From Octopus sinensis (Eukaryota): a stretch of DNA of 64,000 nucleotides. Position numbers and translations under genes: made by a program. Below are positions 24,799-38,861 of this stretch, in pieces; the first letter of the stretch is position 1; each line of letters opens with the position of its first letter. The stretch is taken from positions 23,374,001-23,438,000 of the forward strand of contig NC_043006.1 of assembly GCF_006345805.1 (NCBI RefSeq). Direction: 5' to 3'. The notes beneath the pieces are model-generated. The model saw nothing but the letters and a program-made list of their open reading frames with translations, did no database searches and was not told the origin of the DNA.

Positions 24799-25307
24799 TA
24801 TATATATAAAAGAGAGAGAGAAAGAGAGAGTGAGAGAGACATACTTACATACATACATACATACATACATATAAATACATATAGGTATATACATACATAT
24901 ACGTATATACATATACATACGCTTCGATGTACATATGTGTATATATATATATGTGTGTATGTGTATGTATATATACATATACATTTATATGTATATGTGT
25001 ATATGTATACACACACGTGTATATATATATACAAAACAATACAACCGTATGTGTATGCGTGTGTGTGTGTTGTGTGTGGTGTGTGCAAAAGTGTTTTTAT
25101 GTTTACTTCGGTCTAAAACATAACGTGTTGTTTATTCTAGACTCCGTTATGTCCCGTAACTTATCGGCTCAGCACACAGAGATCGATATAAAATAAGTAC
25201 GAGAGTTGGTTAAAGCATGAAGAAACTACTCCAGCATGGCTATGATCCAATGAACGAACATGTTAGAATAGTAAAGATGGTAAAAAAAAAAAAAAGTAAA
25301 ATATAAC

Positions 25308-25465
25308 AGGAATGGCGGTGGGTAAGTAGTAGCTTGCTAACCAACCACATGGTTACGGGTTCAGTCCCACTGCGTGGCATTTGGGCAAGTGTCTTCTGCT
25401 ATAGCCTCGGGCCGACAATGCCTTGTGAGTGGATTTGGTAGACGGAAACTGAAAGAAGCCTGTCG

Positions 25466-25535
<70 letters not shown>

Positions 25536-25710
25536 TGTGTCTGTGTTTGGCCCCCTAGCATTGCTTGACAACCGATGCTGGTGTGTTTACGTCCCCGTCA
25601 CTTAGCGGTTCGGCAAAAGAGACCGATAGAATAAGTACTGGGCTCGACTAAAGGCGGTGCTCCAGCATGGCCGCAGTCAAATGACTGAAACAAGTAAAAG
25701 AGAAAAGAGA
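25308..25710 (+). mobile_element. SINE family A
   Basis: Head, internal TA/GT tract and tail match the family. Confidence 0.88.
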
Positions 25711-26031
25711 AAGAGTTAATGAAAGAGTCAATAAACAAGTAATAAAATAAACTAAATATGTCGGCCATGAGGAAAGTTGAATTCTGACATTTGAAGAGAG
25801 GGCGCTGTGTTCGCCATTCAATAGAACTTTTGCGACCAACGCGTTTTATTTGTGACGGTCCGCTTATGTTGGCAAGAAAATAACCATCTGGCAGAGGCTT
25901 GCTGCTTGGTAGGAAGGAAGGGAAATGTAAAAGGAGAATGAAGATGTTCAAAAGTCCATCTCCCATCTTTGTCTCTCTTTCTAACTCTCTTTTTCTCTCT
26001 CTCTTCCGCTCTTTCTTTCTCTCTTTCTCTA

Positions 26032-26064
<33 letters not shown>

Positions 26065-26116
26065 ATAAATGTATGTATGTATGTATGTATGTATGTATGT
26101 ATGTGTACATATATAA

Positions 26117-26162
<46 letters not shown>

Positions 26163-26410
26163 ATGTGTGTGTATTATACATATATGTGTATATATATGAA
26201 TATATTCACGCGCGCACGGTCTCGCACACATACACACACGCACGCATGTACACACACACACTCACACGTGCGCGCGCGAACACACACACACATATACAAA
26301 TATATATGCATTCGAGCATGCATGTCTCTTTCCCTCCCTCCTTCTCTCCCTGTCTCTCTCTCCCTGTCTCTGTCTCTCTCTCCCTGTCTCTGTCTCTGTC
26401 TCTCTCTCTA

Positions 26411-26456
<46 letters not shown>

Positions 26457-26744
26457 TCTCTCTACCAATACCAGCCACCACCATTCACTCGCCATCTGGC
26501 CTTCCACAGGATTCTCGACAGACTTATGAGCTTCGCTGAAACATAAGATAGCTTCAATACATTTGTTATAATCTTCCAATTCGCGCACGCGCGCACGCAC
26601 ACACACACACACATGCACACTGCCTTTGTATCTATCAGTGCACGCAGCATACATACATACATACAACTAATACTACACCCGATTACATATTAATACGAAT
26701 ATGTCACACATATATACATTGGTAAATGTATATATGGTTGGTAA

Positions 26745-26780
<36 letters not shown>

Positions 26781-26802
26781 ACAGACAGACAGACAGACAG
26801 AC

Positions 26803-26839
<37 letters not shown>

Positions 26840-26862
26840 CTCAGATAGACAGACAGACAGAC

Positions 26863-26975
<113 letters not shown>

Positions 26976-27050
26976 CTCAGATAGACAGACAGACAGACAG
27001 ACAAACACTCAGATAGACAGACAGACAGACAGATAGACAGACAGACAGAC

Positions 27051-27130
<80 letters not shown>

Positions 27131-27141
27131 CGATCATTATT

Positions 27142-27173
27142 CTGATGAAGGAGCAAACCGAAACTTCGAAGTA
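27142..27173 (+). ncRNA. Hammerhead core with palindromic stem III, stem I missing
   Basis: CTGATGA-a-gg-agcaaa-cc-GAAA-cttcgaag-TA. Confidence 0.45.
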
Positions 27174-27206
27174 TCTTTCAACCTTTTCCTTCTTGAAGTT
27201 AATATG

Positions 27207-27244
<38 letters not shown>

Positions 27245-27262
27245 CACACACATTTGTTATTT

Positions 27263-27428
27263 GGTGCATGTGTGGCTGTGTAGTAAGAAGCTTGCTTCCC
27301 AACCACATGGTTCCAGGTTCAGTCCAACTGCGTGGCATCTTGGGCAAGTGTCTTCTGCTATAGCCTCGAGCCGACCAAAGCCTTGTGAGTGGACATGGTA
27401 GACAGAAACTGAAAGAAGCCCATCGTAT
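27263..27428 (+). mobile_element. SINE family A, 5' half
   Basis: gtggctgtgtagtaag...cttgggcaagtgtcttc...gaaagaagcc. Confidence 0.8.
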
Positions 27429-27433
27429 TATAC

Positions 27434-27700
27434 CTCTATATATGTCAAACTGAGAATGTGTGTCTGTCTGTTTCACTAAAACTTGAGAACAACACAACAA
27501 ATTTCATTCAAATTTTACACATGCCTTACTTAGGGTCCGGGGAGTGTCATCGGCAAAAAAAAATGTTCAACTTCTTGCCTAGAGCGAGCCCATAGCAATA
27601 TCATATCTTCTCCACTATTTCAGTATTACGTGTTAAAAGTGAAACAAAAACATTTCTTTATTTTATGTCAGATGCTTTCACTTTAACAATAAAAATAATA
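27434..27700 (+). mobile_element. Helitron-like 5' end, extent uncertain
   Basis: tctatatat...gaatgtgtgtctgtctgt...caaatttcattcaaattttacaca resembles non-autonomous Helitron 5' ends. Confidence 0.4.
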
Positions 27701-28369
27701 ATAATAATTGAATTATATGTAGTAAGTAATAATTAAAATCAAACTAAAATATGATATAATCGTAACATAACAAAAGTAAAAATAGCAATTGGTATAAAAT
27801 TGCATCAATGACTTGAACTTGAATAAGTGGTTTCGCATGAATGGGAATAAATTAAAAATAAAATTAGCGTGCAGAAATGGAATAGTCCAGATGGAGGTGT
27901 GCAATACCCTTTACCACGACTTTTACATTAGATTATCAGCTAATTAGCTAGCATTAAGTATCTATATGAAGTTTGGCTGTATGTAATATCTGTTTTCTTG
28001 AACAGTCGCTCCTGTTGGTTTATTTTTTATACATAAAGGACTAATGCTTCAACTGCTTACTGCTTTCTTACTCATCGTAAGGTTTGTCATAAGTAATTAT
28101 TATTACTGTTTAACTATTGTTATCACGTTTGTTGGTTCCTCGTAAAGGAAACATTGTTGTGTTGCATTTGTTAAATAATTGTAAAGTGTAACCCTCCCCC
28201 TTTGGGAGAAGGAGCTTTGGTTATTGGTTTAAAAATTGAACTGTGTCCCTGCTTGAGGAAATTGACAATATTTTCACCTTTTACACGGAAGCAATTTTGT
28301 TAGAATGCCTTCGATAGAAGAAAGTCCAAAAATGAATTTCGCTGCAGCCGTCGGTGGGCGCGAACTCAT

Positions 28370-28690
28370 TGAAATTAAAATGGAAGAAATACGGATTGAT
28401 CACCGACAAAGACGATGAATCTAGGATAACACCACCAAACGAAATGAAAAATTAAATTAAAGAAAAGACTATTGTCTATAAAGTATATAATGTAGAGAGA
28501 AAAAAAGATTTGAACACCTGGAGGAAAGCACCATCGAAAAGTGTCTTGGTGCGACTATGAAAGATATCTAACTAGAGGCGGTAAATTCGCCACAATAGAA
28601 GCAAGGTTCGAGTCAACGGAGCATGCGAGGGAGTACTCGACTCGAACTGTGCAAAGTGGAAATATTTTATTTTTACCTTTATTATAGCCT
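28370..28690 (+). pseudogene. Decayed LINE ORF1 fragment (L1/Tx1-like)
   Basis: GGKFATIEARFESTEHAREYSTRTVQSGNILFLP aligns by eye with ATVWLLFDTPEEARNFASQPLEGNEILFLP near 59150. Confidence 0.55.
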
Positions 28691-28824
28691 CTTAAGAGCA
28701 GGTTTGTTAAGACCAATTTAATAAAGGCAATGATTCATAAAACCCAGTCAGTGAACAAAAGTAGAATCTATGCAGAAAAGGGACGAAAGTATTAACCCTC
28801 TCTCGAGCGAGTGCAGTACGCTAG

Positions 28825-30074
<1,250 letters not shown>

Positions 30075-30075
<1 letters not shown>

Positions 30076-30700
30076 TTTCTTTTATTAGCGACAGGGATGT
30101 CGATGAAAAAGACAATACAAGGACAGTCAACGACTTGGGTGAGATTTTACATAAAAGGTTTGGAGACAGAAATCGAAAAGACAGCGAGATGCGTTAAAAG
30201 TATACATAATATACAAAGTATGTGATAATGTGAGTGATGCAGTCTCCCTGATACAGGAGAAACTCTAACTAGGGCCAATCAAGAAACCCCACAAACCCAG
30301 GATTACCCTGACCACCAAAAGTATGAGCCCTTCCCAACTGTTACTCTCCAATCTACAAGTGTAAGCTCTAACTATTTTTGCCATTTTTCCCATTGTCACC
30401 CATCTTTTCACAAATTCACTGGGAGGTAGCACTTTCCTCTCTACTTTCACTTTCCTTTTCAATTGAAACTTAGAAAAAGTCGATGAGGCTTGATCGAAGA
30501 GAAAGGGATCTTTTTTCAAACTTTCCAGCCTCGTCCACTACAAACTCCTTTTACAATAGCCACAAGACAGAGGAACACCACCTGCCGTGCTTTGTTAAGC
30601 GTGGTGGGGGCCACCTCCTTGACAGATTCGGCTGTTCGGTAGATTTGTCCCACATTCGGTAACAGCTGCGCGACGTAACTACAAGCTACCGTTTAGCGAC
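30075..30700 (-). mobile_element. L1/Tx1-like LINE 3' end
   Basis: FQLKRKVKVERKVLPPSEFVKRW C-terminus, then 3' UTR ending aataaaagaaatcatc. Confidence 0.6.
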
Positions 30701-30898
30701 ATAGAACCCGGAACTACATGATTTCGAAACGAACTTCTCAACCACGCAGTTATGCCTGCACATATAATTTCGTTATATATAATGAACTAGCAGGGGTTTT
30801 ATTTTGTGCTAAATTCTACATGTGTTGCAAAGAACTTTGTAGTTATTTGATACCTACAAGAGTACATTTCTGATAGAGGCATTATTTTAGATTATGCA

Positions 30899-31112
30899 AG
30901 GCGGCGAGCTGGCAGAAACGTTAGCACGACGGGCAAAATGCTTAGCAGTATTTACGTTCTGTCTTTACGTCCTGAGTTCAAATTCCGCCAGGTCGACTTT
31001 GCCTTTCATCCTTTTGAGGTCGATAAATTGAGTACCAGTTGCGTACTGGGGTCGATTTAATCGACTGGCCTCCTCCCCCAAAATTTCGGGCCTTGTTCTT
31101 AGAGTAGAAAAG
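30899..31112 (+). mobile_element. SINE family B
   Basis: Matches the head and core of 14942. Confidence 0.85.
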
Positions 31113-32132
31113 GATATTTTACATGGATACGTGTACGATGCCGAATTGATAAACCTGAATAACCACAAGTCAATGTCAAAAGTATTATGAAAGCTTAAAG
31201 ATACTAAGTTATTGCTTATAAGAATTATAGAGCATTTGTATAGTTACTGTATTGATAGCGGTAACGAAAATATTTCAATATATTCTGTATGTACGGTCAA
31301 TCTTTACGCTATGTCCACACTCGTTAAAGGATATCACATATATCTTTGTCACATACAGTTTAGTTCTCTTGAGAAAGTAACAGTTTTTGGTTGCGGTGAT
31401 TATGTAAGACCTTTCTAGAATGTCAGTTGTTTATAATGTTTCAACATAGGCGCAGGAGTGGCTGTGTGGTAAGTTTCTTCTTTCTCAGGTTTGTTTCTCA
31501 GCTACTAAAATTCGTTCCTGAGAGACCATGATCTTGTTTATTATTTTTTAATCACTCAATTCCAAATTCCCACATTTTCTGCCTGCTTTTGTATCGTGCC
31601 CCTCCACCGTCGCCCTGGTAGCAAATAAAGAAATCATCATCATCATCATCATCAACATCATCATCGGCGTCGTCGTCATCATCGTCATCATCATCACCAT
31701 CAAGAACATCATCACCATTTTTTTCTTGTTTTAATTTTGCTTCCATTTCTTGCTAATCCTCATGTTAGTCCCAACTGAATAGATCTATGACCTAAGGCTT
31801 CCCAGTCATACGCAGCTCGTCTGTATTCCATGTACGAAGTATTTCTCGGAGTACATTATCATGCAAACACATTTCTTCTTTTTTAAGAAAGTAGGACATG
31901 ATTTGAAAACGATTTACAGTTACATCAACCAGATAGATGCTTACTCATCAGCTCGGCGTTTATTCTGTTAGCAGACAGACAGGTCGTTTAAGACATCTGT
32001 ACCTAATGTGAAGTTGTTAGTCAACCCTAGTTTCATGCCAAATGACCGACCTTATGGAGAGACAGAACAGTCAGAAAAGAAAAAACAAAACAAAGCAACA
32101 AAAAAATAATGCAAATAAAATAACAAAACAAA

Positions 32133-32570
32133 AGTGGTTGTGTGGTAAGTAGCTTGCTTACCAACTACATGGTTCCGGGTTCAGTCCCATTGCGTGGCAT
32201 CTTGAACAAGTTTCTTCTACTATAGCCTCGGCCTGACCAAAGCCTTGTAAGTGGATTAAGTAGACGGAAACTGAAGGAAGCCTGTCGTATATATATATGT
32301 ATACATATATATATTCGTGTGTGTGTGTGTGTGGTGTGTGTGCATGTGTGTGTGTGTGTGTAAGTTTGTGTGTCTGTGGTTGTTCCCCACTATCGCTTGA
32401 CAACCGATATTGGTGTGTTTACGTCCCCCGTAACTTAGCGATTTGGCAAAAGGAGACCGATAGAATAAGTACTAGGCTTACAAAGAATAAGTCCTGGGGG
32501 CGATTTGTTCGACTAAAAGCGGTGCTCCAGCATGGCCGCAGTCAATTGACTGAAACGAATAAAAGAATAA
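32133..32570 (+). mobile_element. SINE family A
   Basis: Family match. Confidence 0.88.
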
Positions 32571-32612
32571 AAAAAACAAATGTTAAGAATGAAAAGTTTC
32601 TTTTTAAAATGG

Positions 32613-32671
<59 letters not shown>

Positions 32672-32690
32672 GCGGTGGTGATGATGATGG

Positions 32691-32735
<45 letters not shown>

Positions 32736-33194
32736 CGACGATGACGATGATGACGATGACGATGATGATGATGATGATGATGATGACAGCAACTAAGATG
32801 ATGACGATGACGATGATGATGATGACAGCAACTAAGATGATGACGGATGACGATGACGGTGCTGGTGCTAGTGGTGGTGGTGATGTGATGATGAGGGGAG
32901 GAGGAGGAGGAACCATGATTAACAAACAATGGATTTCACGGGCAGACCTGCTGGAATGAAAAAAGATGAAGTGATAGATAAATAAACAGATAAATACATG
33001 TTTTTTAGAAAATAAAAGAAATTACTTTTAAGACGCGAAAAACAAGGAATTTTGTCGAACGTACTTTGTTTAAAAGAATTCTTTTGAAGTGAGAATTTGG
33101 TCTCCTTCTGTTCCACATATGAGCTGTTTGTTGGGTTTATATTCGTTGGGCGGCGTTGTTTCAAAAGTAGAAATTGGTTTGTCTGTGTATCTCT

Positions 33195-33422
33195 TTCTCT
33201 TTTACTTGTTTCAGTCATTTGACTGCGGCCATGCTGGAGCACCGCCTTTTTAGTCGAGCAAATCGACCCCAGGACTTATTCTTTGTAAGCCTAGTACTTA
33301 TCCTATCGGTCTCTTTTGCCGAACCGCTAAGTAACGGGGACGTAAACACACCAGCATCGGTTGTCAAGCGATGTTGGGGAGACAAACACAGACACACACA
33401 CATATATACACACACACACACT

Positions 33423-33465
<43 letters not shown>

Positions 33466-33595
33466 GACGGGCTTCTTTCAGTTTCTGTCTACCAAATCCA
33501 CTCACAAGGCTTTGGTCGGCCCGAGGCTATAGTAGAAGAGACTTTCCCAAGGTGCCACGCAGTGGGACTGAACCCGAAACTGTGTGGTTGGTAGC
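33195..33595 (-). mobile_element. SINE family A
   Basis: Family match, 5' truncated. Confidence 0.88.
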
Positions 33596-33599
33596 TTTT

Positions 33600-33922
33600 G
33601 TTTTACTTCTTTTATTCGTCAGACTGCGACCATGCTGGAGCACTGCTTTGAAGAGTTTTAATCGAATGAATCGACTCCAGTATTTAATTTTTAAAGTACT
33701 TGTACTTGCTCTATGGGGCTCCGGTTGTTAAGTGGTAGGTGGGGAGGGGAACAAGCACAACGGGCTTCTTTCAGTTTCCATCTTCCAAATCCACTCACAA
33801 GGCTTTGGTCAGTCCGAAGCTGTAAGTAGAAAACACTTATCCAAGGTGCTATGCAGTGGGACTGAACCCGGAACCATGTGGTTGGGAAGCAAACTTCTAA
33901 CCACACAGCCACACCTACGCCT
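33600..33922 (-). mobile_element. SINE family A, older copy
   Basis: Family match. Confidence 0.78.
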
Positions 33923-34052
33923 TTAACCACGATGCTTTTCTCTTTCTCTGTTTTTACTTTACTTTCTACCGCGTCACCACCTTCTATACCAAGCAGAATG
34001 AATATATTATGATATCCTTTCATTATGTCTATACTATATACAATAGAATATA

Positions 34053-34557
34053 TAGGATGTCTCAACCCCCGCCAAAAAAAAATAGACATCATTTCAGAGT
34101 CTAATAACACCCAATTCTCGCTCAAATGATTTCAGATTTTAACAGAATGTGTAAAAACTAAGTTTGGATCGGGCATGCCAGTGATAATGACAATGTACTG
34201 TTGAAATGACCACCACCCACACCTGACTTGACACCTTGAGATTTTTTTAATTTTTTATGGGGCTATGTGAAGCCTAGAAGAACTCTAGCAGAGTTCAGTG
34301 AGCTCCTGGAGATTGCTACACAAAACATGCTACAGTGTATTTGGCAGGAGCTGGACTACCAACTTGACGTGTGCCGTGTCAGAGGCAGTGTACATATTGA
34401 ACATTGTACATAAAATCAGTTATAAAACCTACATTCCTCTGAATCTCTCGTTCGAATTTTGATCAATCTTTTATCGTTGTTCAATTTCGTTTGCCTCAGA
34501 CATGTTGTTACTTAGGTATTCACATTTCAAATTAAGTCAATTTTGGGGGACACCCTG
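34053..34557 (+). mobile_element. Tc1/mariner-superfamily deletion derivative (rosa/maT-like)
   Basis: TA-flanked ends taggatgtc / gacaccctg; internal *PPPTPDLTP*DF...WGYVK, a decayed WPPRSPDLTPLDF motif. Confidence 0.7.
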
Positions 34558-34908
34558 TACGTATATCATATTATATTTCACCGTTAAAGAAGGTTTTATA
34601 TCTACCACTGAGCGGCTGAGAGTATGAAATGTGACTGCTGGTCATGTTTTACACAACGGCCGATAAGAGACTCGGCTGTAGAAATAGAATATTTTGTAGC
34701 GGAAGACTTTATCTCTAATATTTCCTTTCTTTCGTTATACCCGGAGTTGACTTTCTCCTTTCATTCTTTCCCTTTTTAGATTCATGCCGTAGCCCCAAAT
34801 AATTCGTAATTTATGTGAACTTTGTTGAGCACTTTTGATAAGAAAAAAAATACCTCGCTAACCCTAGCTTTATTACTGACTATGTACGTCTTTAGTAAGT
34901 ATGCTATG

Positions 34909-34942
<34 letters not shown>

Positions 34943-34953
34943 TGTATGTATGT

Positions 34954-35016
<63 letters not shown>

Positions 35017-35560
35017 CATACATACATACATACATACATATACACATACTTACAGTTATTCATACATACATACATACAAACATGATTACTTACATACACA
35101 CACATATATATATATATTATAACTATAAATTGTTTGAAATTTATATGCGCATGTGCGTAAATTTGCAGAACCTTTAATGAACTAAAATACTTAATTAGAA
35201 ATCTTAATTTTCTCAGGTTTTCACTGGAATATTGATGTCATCAATACAATCAATGAAAACATCACAACACCAACGTCGTCCAAACAGCTAGAAATAATTG
35301 TCAATTTCCTTTAAGTCACACATCTGCTGTTATAAATAAGAACACCTTGGAGAGCAAGGTGTTGGACCACAACAGCAACACCTTAGACAGTAAAAGAAAA
35401 CTTTGGACGGTAAATGACCGGACGATCACAGATGGACTATCTATGATCATAGCTACAACTTGTGACAACCAAATGTCAAACAAGGTAGCCTCTTTGTAAG
35501 AAACAGTAACCAAATCTCCTTCAATCTGTATTACCTGGGTAAAAAAAACCCACATGTATT

Positions 35561-35730
35561 AGGCGTAGGAATGGTTGTATGGTAAGTAGCTTGCTTACGA
35601 ACCACATGGTTCCGAGTTCAGTCCCACTGCGTGGCACCTTGGGCAACTGTCTTCTACTATAGCCTCGGGTCGATCAAAGGCTTGTGAGTGGATTTGGTAG
35701 ACGGAAACTGAAAGAAGCCCGTCGTATATT

Positions 35731-35765
<35 letters not shown>

Positions 35766-35981
35766 CGGGAAGCTTTATGAAAATAGACAAAAGACGAAGG
35801 CAGGTGGAAAACAAACAAACAATTGTATTAGTATGGCGCTCAGGAAATATAAATAAAACAAGTCTTTAACGTTTCGAGCCTACGCTCTTCAACAGAAAGA
35901 TACACAGAGAAAAAAAACAAAACACAGAAAGAAGGAGAGAAAAAAAATGCGTGCAGTAACTGACGAATCAACATGGCGATC

Positions 35982-36012
<31 letters not shown>

Positions 36013-36089
36013 TGTATGTATTTATGTATGTATGTATGTATGTATGTATGTATGTATGTATGTATATTATATATATATATAATATATAT

Positions 36090-36177
<88 letters not shown>

Positions 36178-36380
36178 GTTGGTGTGTCTGTGTTTGTCCC
36201 CCAACATCGCTTGACAACCGATGCTGGTGTGTTTGCGTCCCCGTAACTTAGCAGTTCGACAAAAGAGACGATAGAATAAGTAGTACTAGGTTTACAAAGA
36301 ATAAGTCCTGGGGGTCGATTAACTAGACTAAAGGCGGTGCTCCGCATGGCCACAGTCAAATGACTGAAAAGAAAAAGAGT
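35561..36380 (+). mobile_element. SINE family A split by a PLE fragment
   Basis: 5' half at 35561-35730, 3' half at 36180-36380. Confidence 0.8.
35765..35982 (-). mobile_element. PLE pLTR fragment with hammerhead fold (35863-35900)
   Basis: Related to 6160-6330; minus strand UCUUU-CUGUUGA-A-GAGC-GUAG-GCUC-GAAAC-GUU-AAAGA. Confidence 0.72.
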
Positions 36381-36439
36381 ATGTCAATCGAAGTCGTTCA
36401 CTGTAGAAAAATGTAACCATATCTCCTTCATTCTGTGTT

Positions 36440-36960
36440 ACTCTTTTACTCTTTTACTCTTTACTTGTTTCAGTCATTTGACTGCGGCATGTGGAGCACC
36501 GCCTTTAGTCGAGCAAATAAACCCCGGGACTTATTCTTTGTAAGCCCAGTACTTATTTTATCGGTCTCTTTTGCCGAACGCTAAGTGACGTGGACGTAAA
36601 CATACACCAGCATCGGTTGTCAAGCAATCCTAGGGGGATAAAAACCAGACACCAAACATATACATATATATATATATATATATAATATATATATATATAT
36701 TATATATATTATATATATATATATATACATATATACGACAGGGTTCTTTCAGTTTCCGTCAACCAAATCCACTCACAAGGCTGTGGTCGGCCCGGGGCTA
36801 TAGCAGAAGGCACTTACCCAAGATGCCACGCTGTGGGATTGAACCCAGAACCATGTGGTTGGTTAGCAAGCTACTTACCACACAGCCACTCCTGCGCCTA
36901 CACAGCCACTCCTGCGCCTACACAGCCACTCCTGCGCCTACACAGCCACTCCTGCGCCTA
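36440..36960 (-). mobile_element. SINE family A whose first 20 nt are present four times
   Basis: (cacagccactcctgcgccta)x4 at 36881-36960. Confidence 0.88.
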
Positions 36961-37429
36961 CTAGGGATAAACAACATATGTTAATCAGAGTATACCTTTG
37001 TGTGGTCGTTTATTCAGTAAAATTAGTAGTAAAATTTCCCTCAAATCATACCCAGCCATCTTCAAAATACATCGAACAATATCATCCTATAGGGGGTGGG
37101 TCTGCAACAGCGCAGGCTCAGTACCTTCCTCTGAATCTAACCTAAAAAAATAAATAAATAAAAAGACGTAATCTGCGTCTACATAACTGGCTTTTTTACA
37201 TTCGGGCCAACGAGGAAATATTTCCACGGTCGATCGGGCTGATAGAAAGAGGAGCCAAATCTCCCTCAAATCACATCCCACTGGGTTTTTTAAAAAGAAA
37301 TAACGCAACCTTAAGTGTTATGCGTAAGAATAAAAGCCGAGATGGCCTCGACTGGTGTGTCATTGTTCACAAAAATACTCGATCAGCACTGACCAGAGCT
37401 TAAACAACAACAGACACCTTACGTTACGA

Positions 37430-38162
37430 CGTAACTGGTTTACATTTAGAACTGGTTTGTCTTTAGAACTGGTTCGCCTTTAGAATTGGCTTATCTTTAG
37501 AACTGCATTATCTTCAGAGCTGATTTATTTTTAGAACAGATTCAACTTTAGAACTGCTTTATATTTAGACATGGCTTACATTTAAAAGTGGTTTAACTTT
37601 TGAACTAGTTTAGACCATGTTCATCGTTAGAACTCTTTTCTTTAGAGCTGATTATCTTTAGAACTAGTTTTTAACTAACACTTTAGCACAAATTTAGAAC
37701 TGGTTTATCTTTAAAACTGTTTTATATTTAGAAATGCTTTATCTTTGCGACTGGTTTAGAAATGGTTTATCTTTAGGACTGGTTTATCTTTAAAACTGTT
37801 TTATATTTAGAAATGCTTTATCTTTGCAACTGGTTTAGAAATGGTTTATCTTTAGGACTGGTTTATCTTTAAAACTGTTTTATATTTAGAAATGCTTTAT
37901 CTTTGCAACTGGTTTAAAAATGGTTTATCTTTAGGACTGGTTTATCTTTAAAACTGTTTTATATTTAGAAATGCTTTATCTTTGCAACTGGTTTAGAACT
38001 AGCATGTCTTTAGAACTTGTTTATCTTTAAAACTGCTTTATATTTAGAAATGCTTTATCTTTGCAACTGGTTTAGAAATGGTTTATCGTTAGAAATGGTT
38101 TATCTTTAGGACTGGTTTATCTTTGGAAGTAGTTCATCTTTAGAATCGGTTTACCTCTAGAA
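37430..38162. repeat. 17-bp minisatellite (tttagaactggtttatc) with a 79-bp higher-order repeat core
   Basis: Unit restarts at 37702, 37781, 37860, 37939 and 38018. Confidence 0.92.
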
Positions 38163-38490
38163 CGTAATGTCTATTCTTCTGACCCGAATAAAAACAAAGC
38201 CTGAAGCAGAAGTTGAACACAGGTAGTAGAAACAAAAGATACCAGAAGATTCGAAGAAGGAATTCTCACTCTCAGGGTAGAAACTTTCGATTCCGAAATG
38301 ATGAAAAAATCAAAATGGAAACGAATGAAAACGGAAGTTTATTTCAACATCGTATTTTGTGTAGCTGTTTCTGACTGGAGTGACTGAGATGTATAATTGA
38401 GGTGGTGGGTGAAAGAAGAACAGGAGATTGGGAGGGAGGTGGAAGAGGAGGGTGGGTGGGTTGGAGGAGGAGGTGGTGGGGTAGAGGAAA

Positions 38491-38601
<111 letters not shown>

Positions 38602-38629
38602 GGCGGCGTCGGCGGCGGTGGTGGTGGTG

Positions 38630-38661
<32 letters not shown>

Positions 38662-38747
38662 GAAAAAGAAAGAGGATAAAGAAGAAGAAGAAGAAGAAAT
38701 ACATTCGATGCAGGGAGGAAAATGAAGAACAGAGAACGAGAGAGAGG

Positions 38748-38783
<36 letters not shown>

Positions 38784-38830
38784 GGCAGACAGGCGGACAG
38801 GCACGCAGGCAGGCAGGCAGACAGATAAAT

Positions 38831-38861
<31 letters not shown>

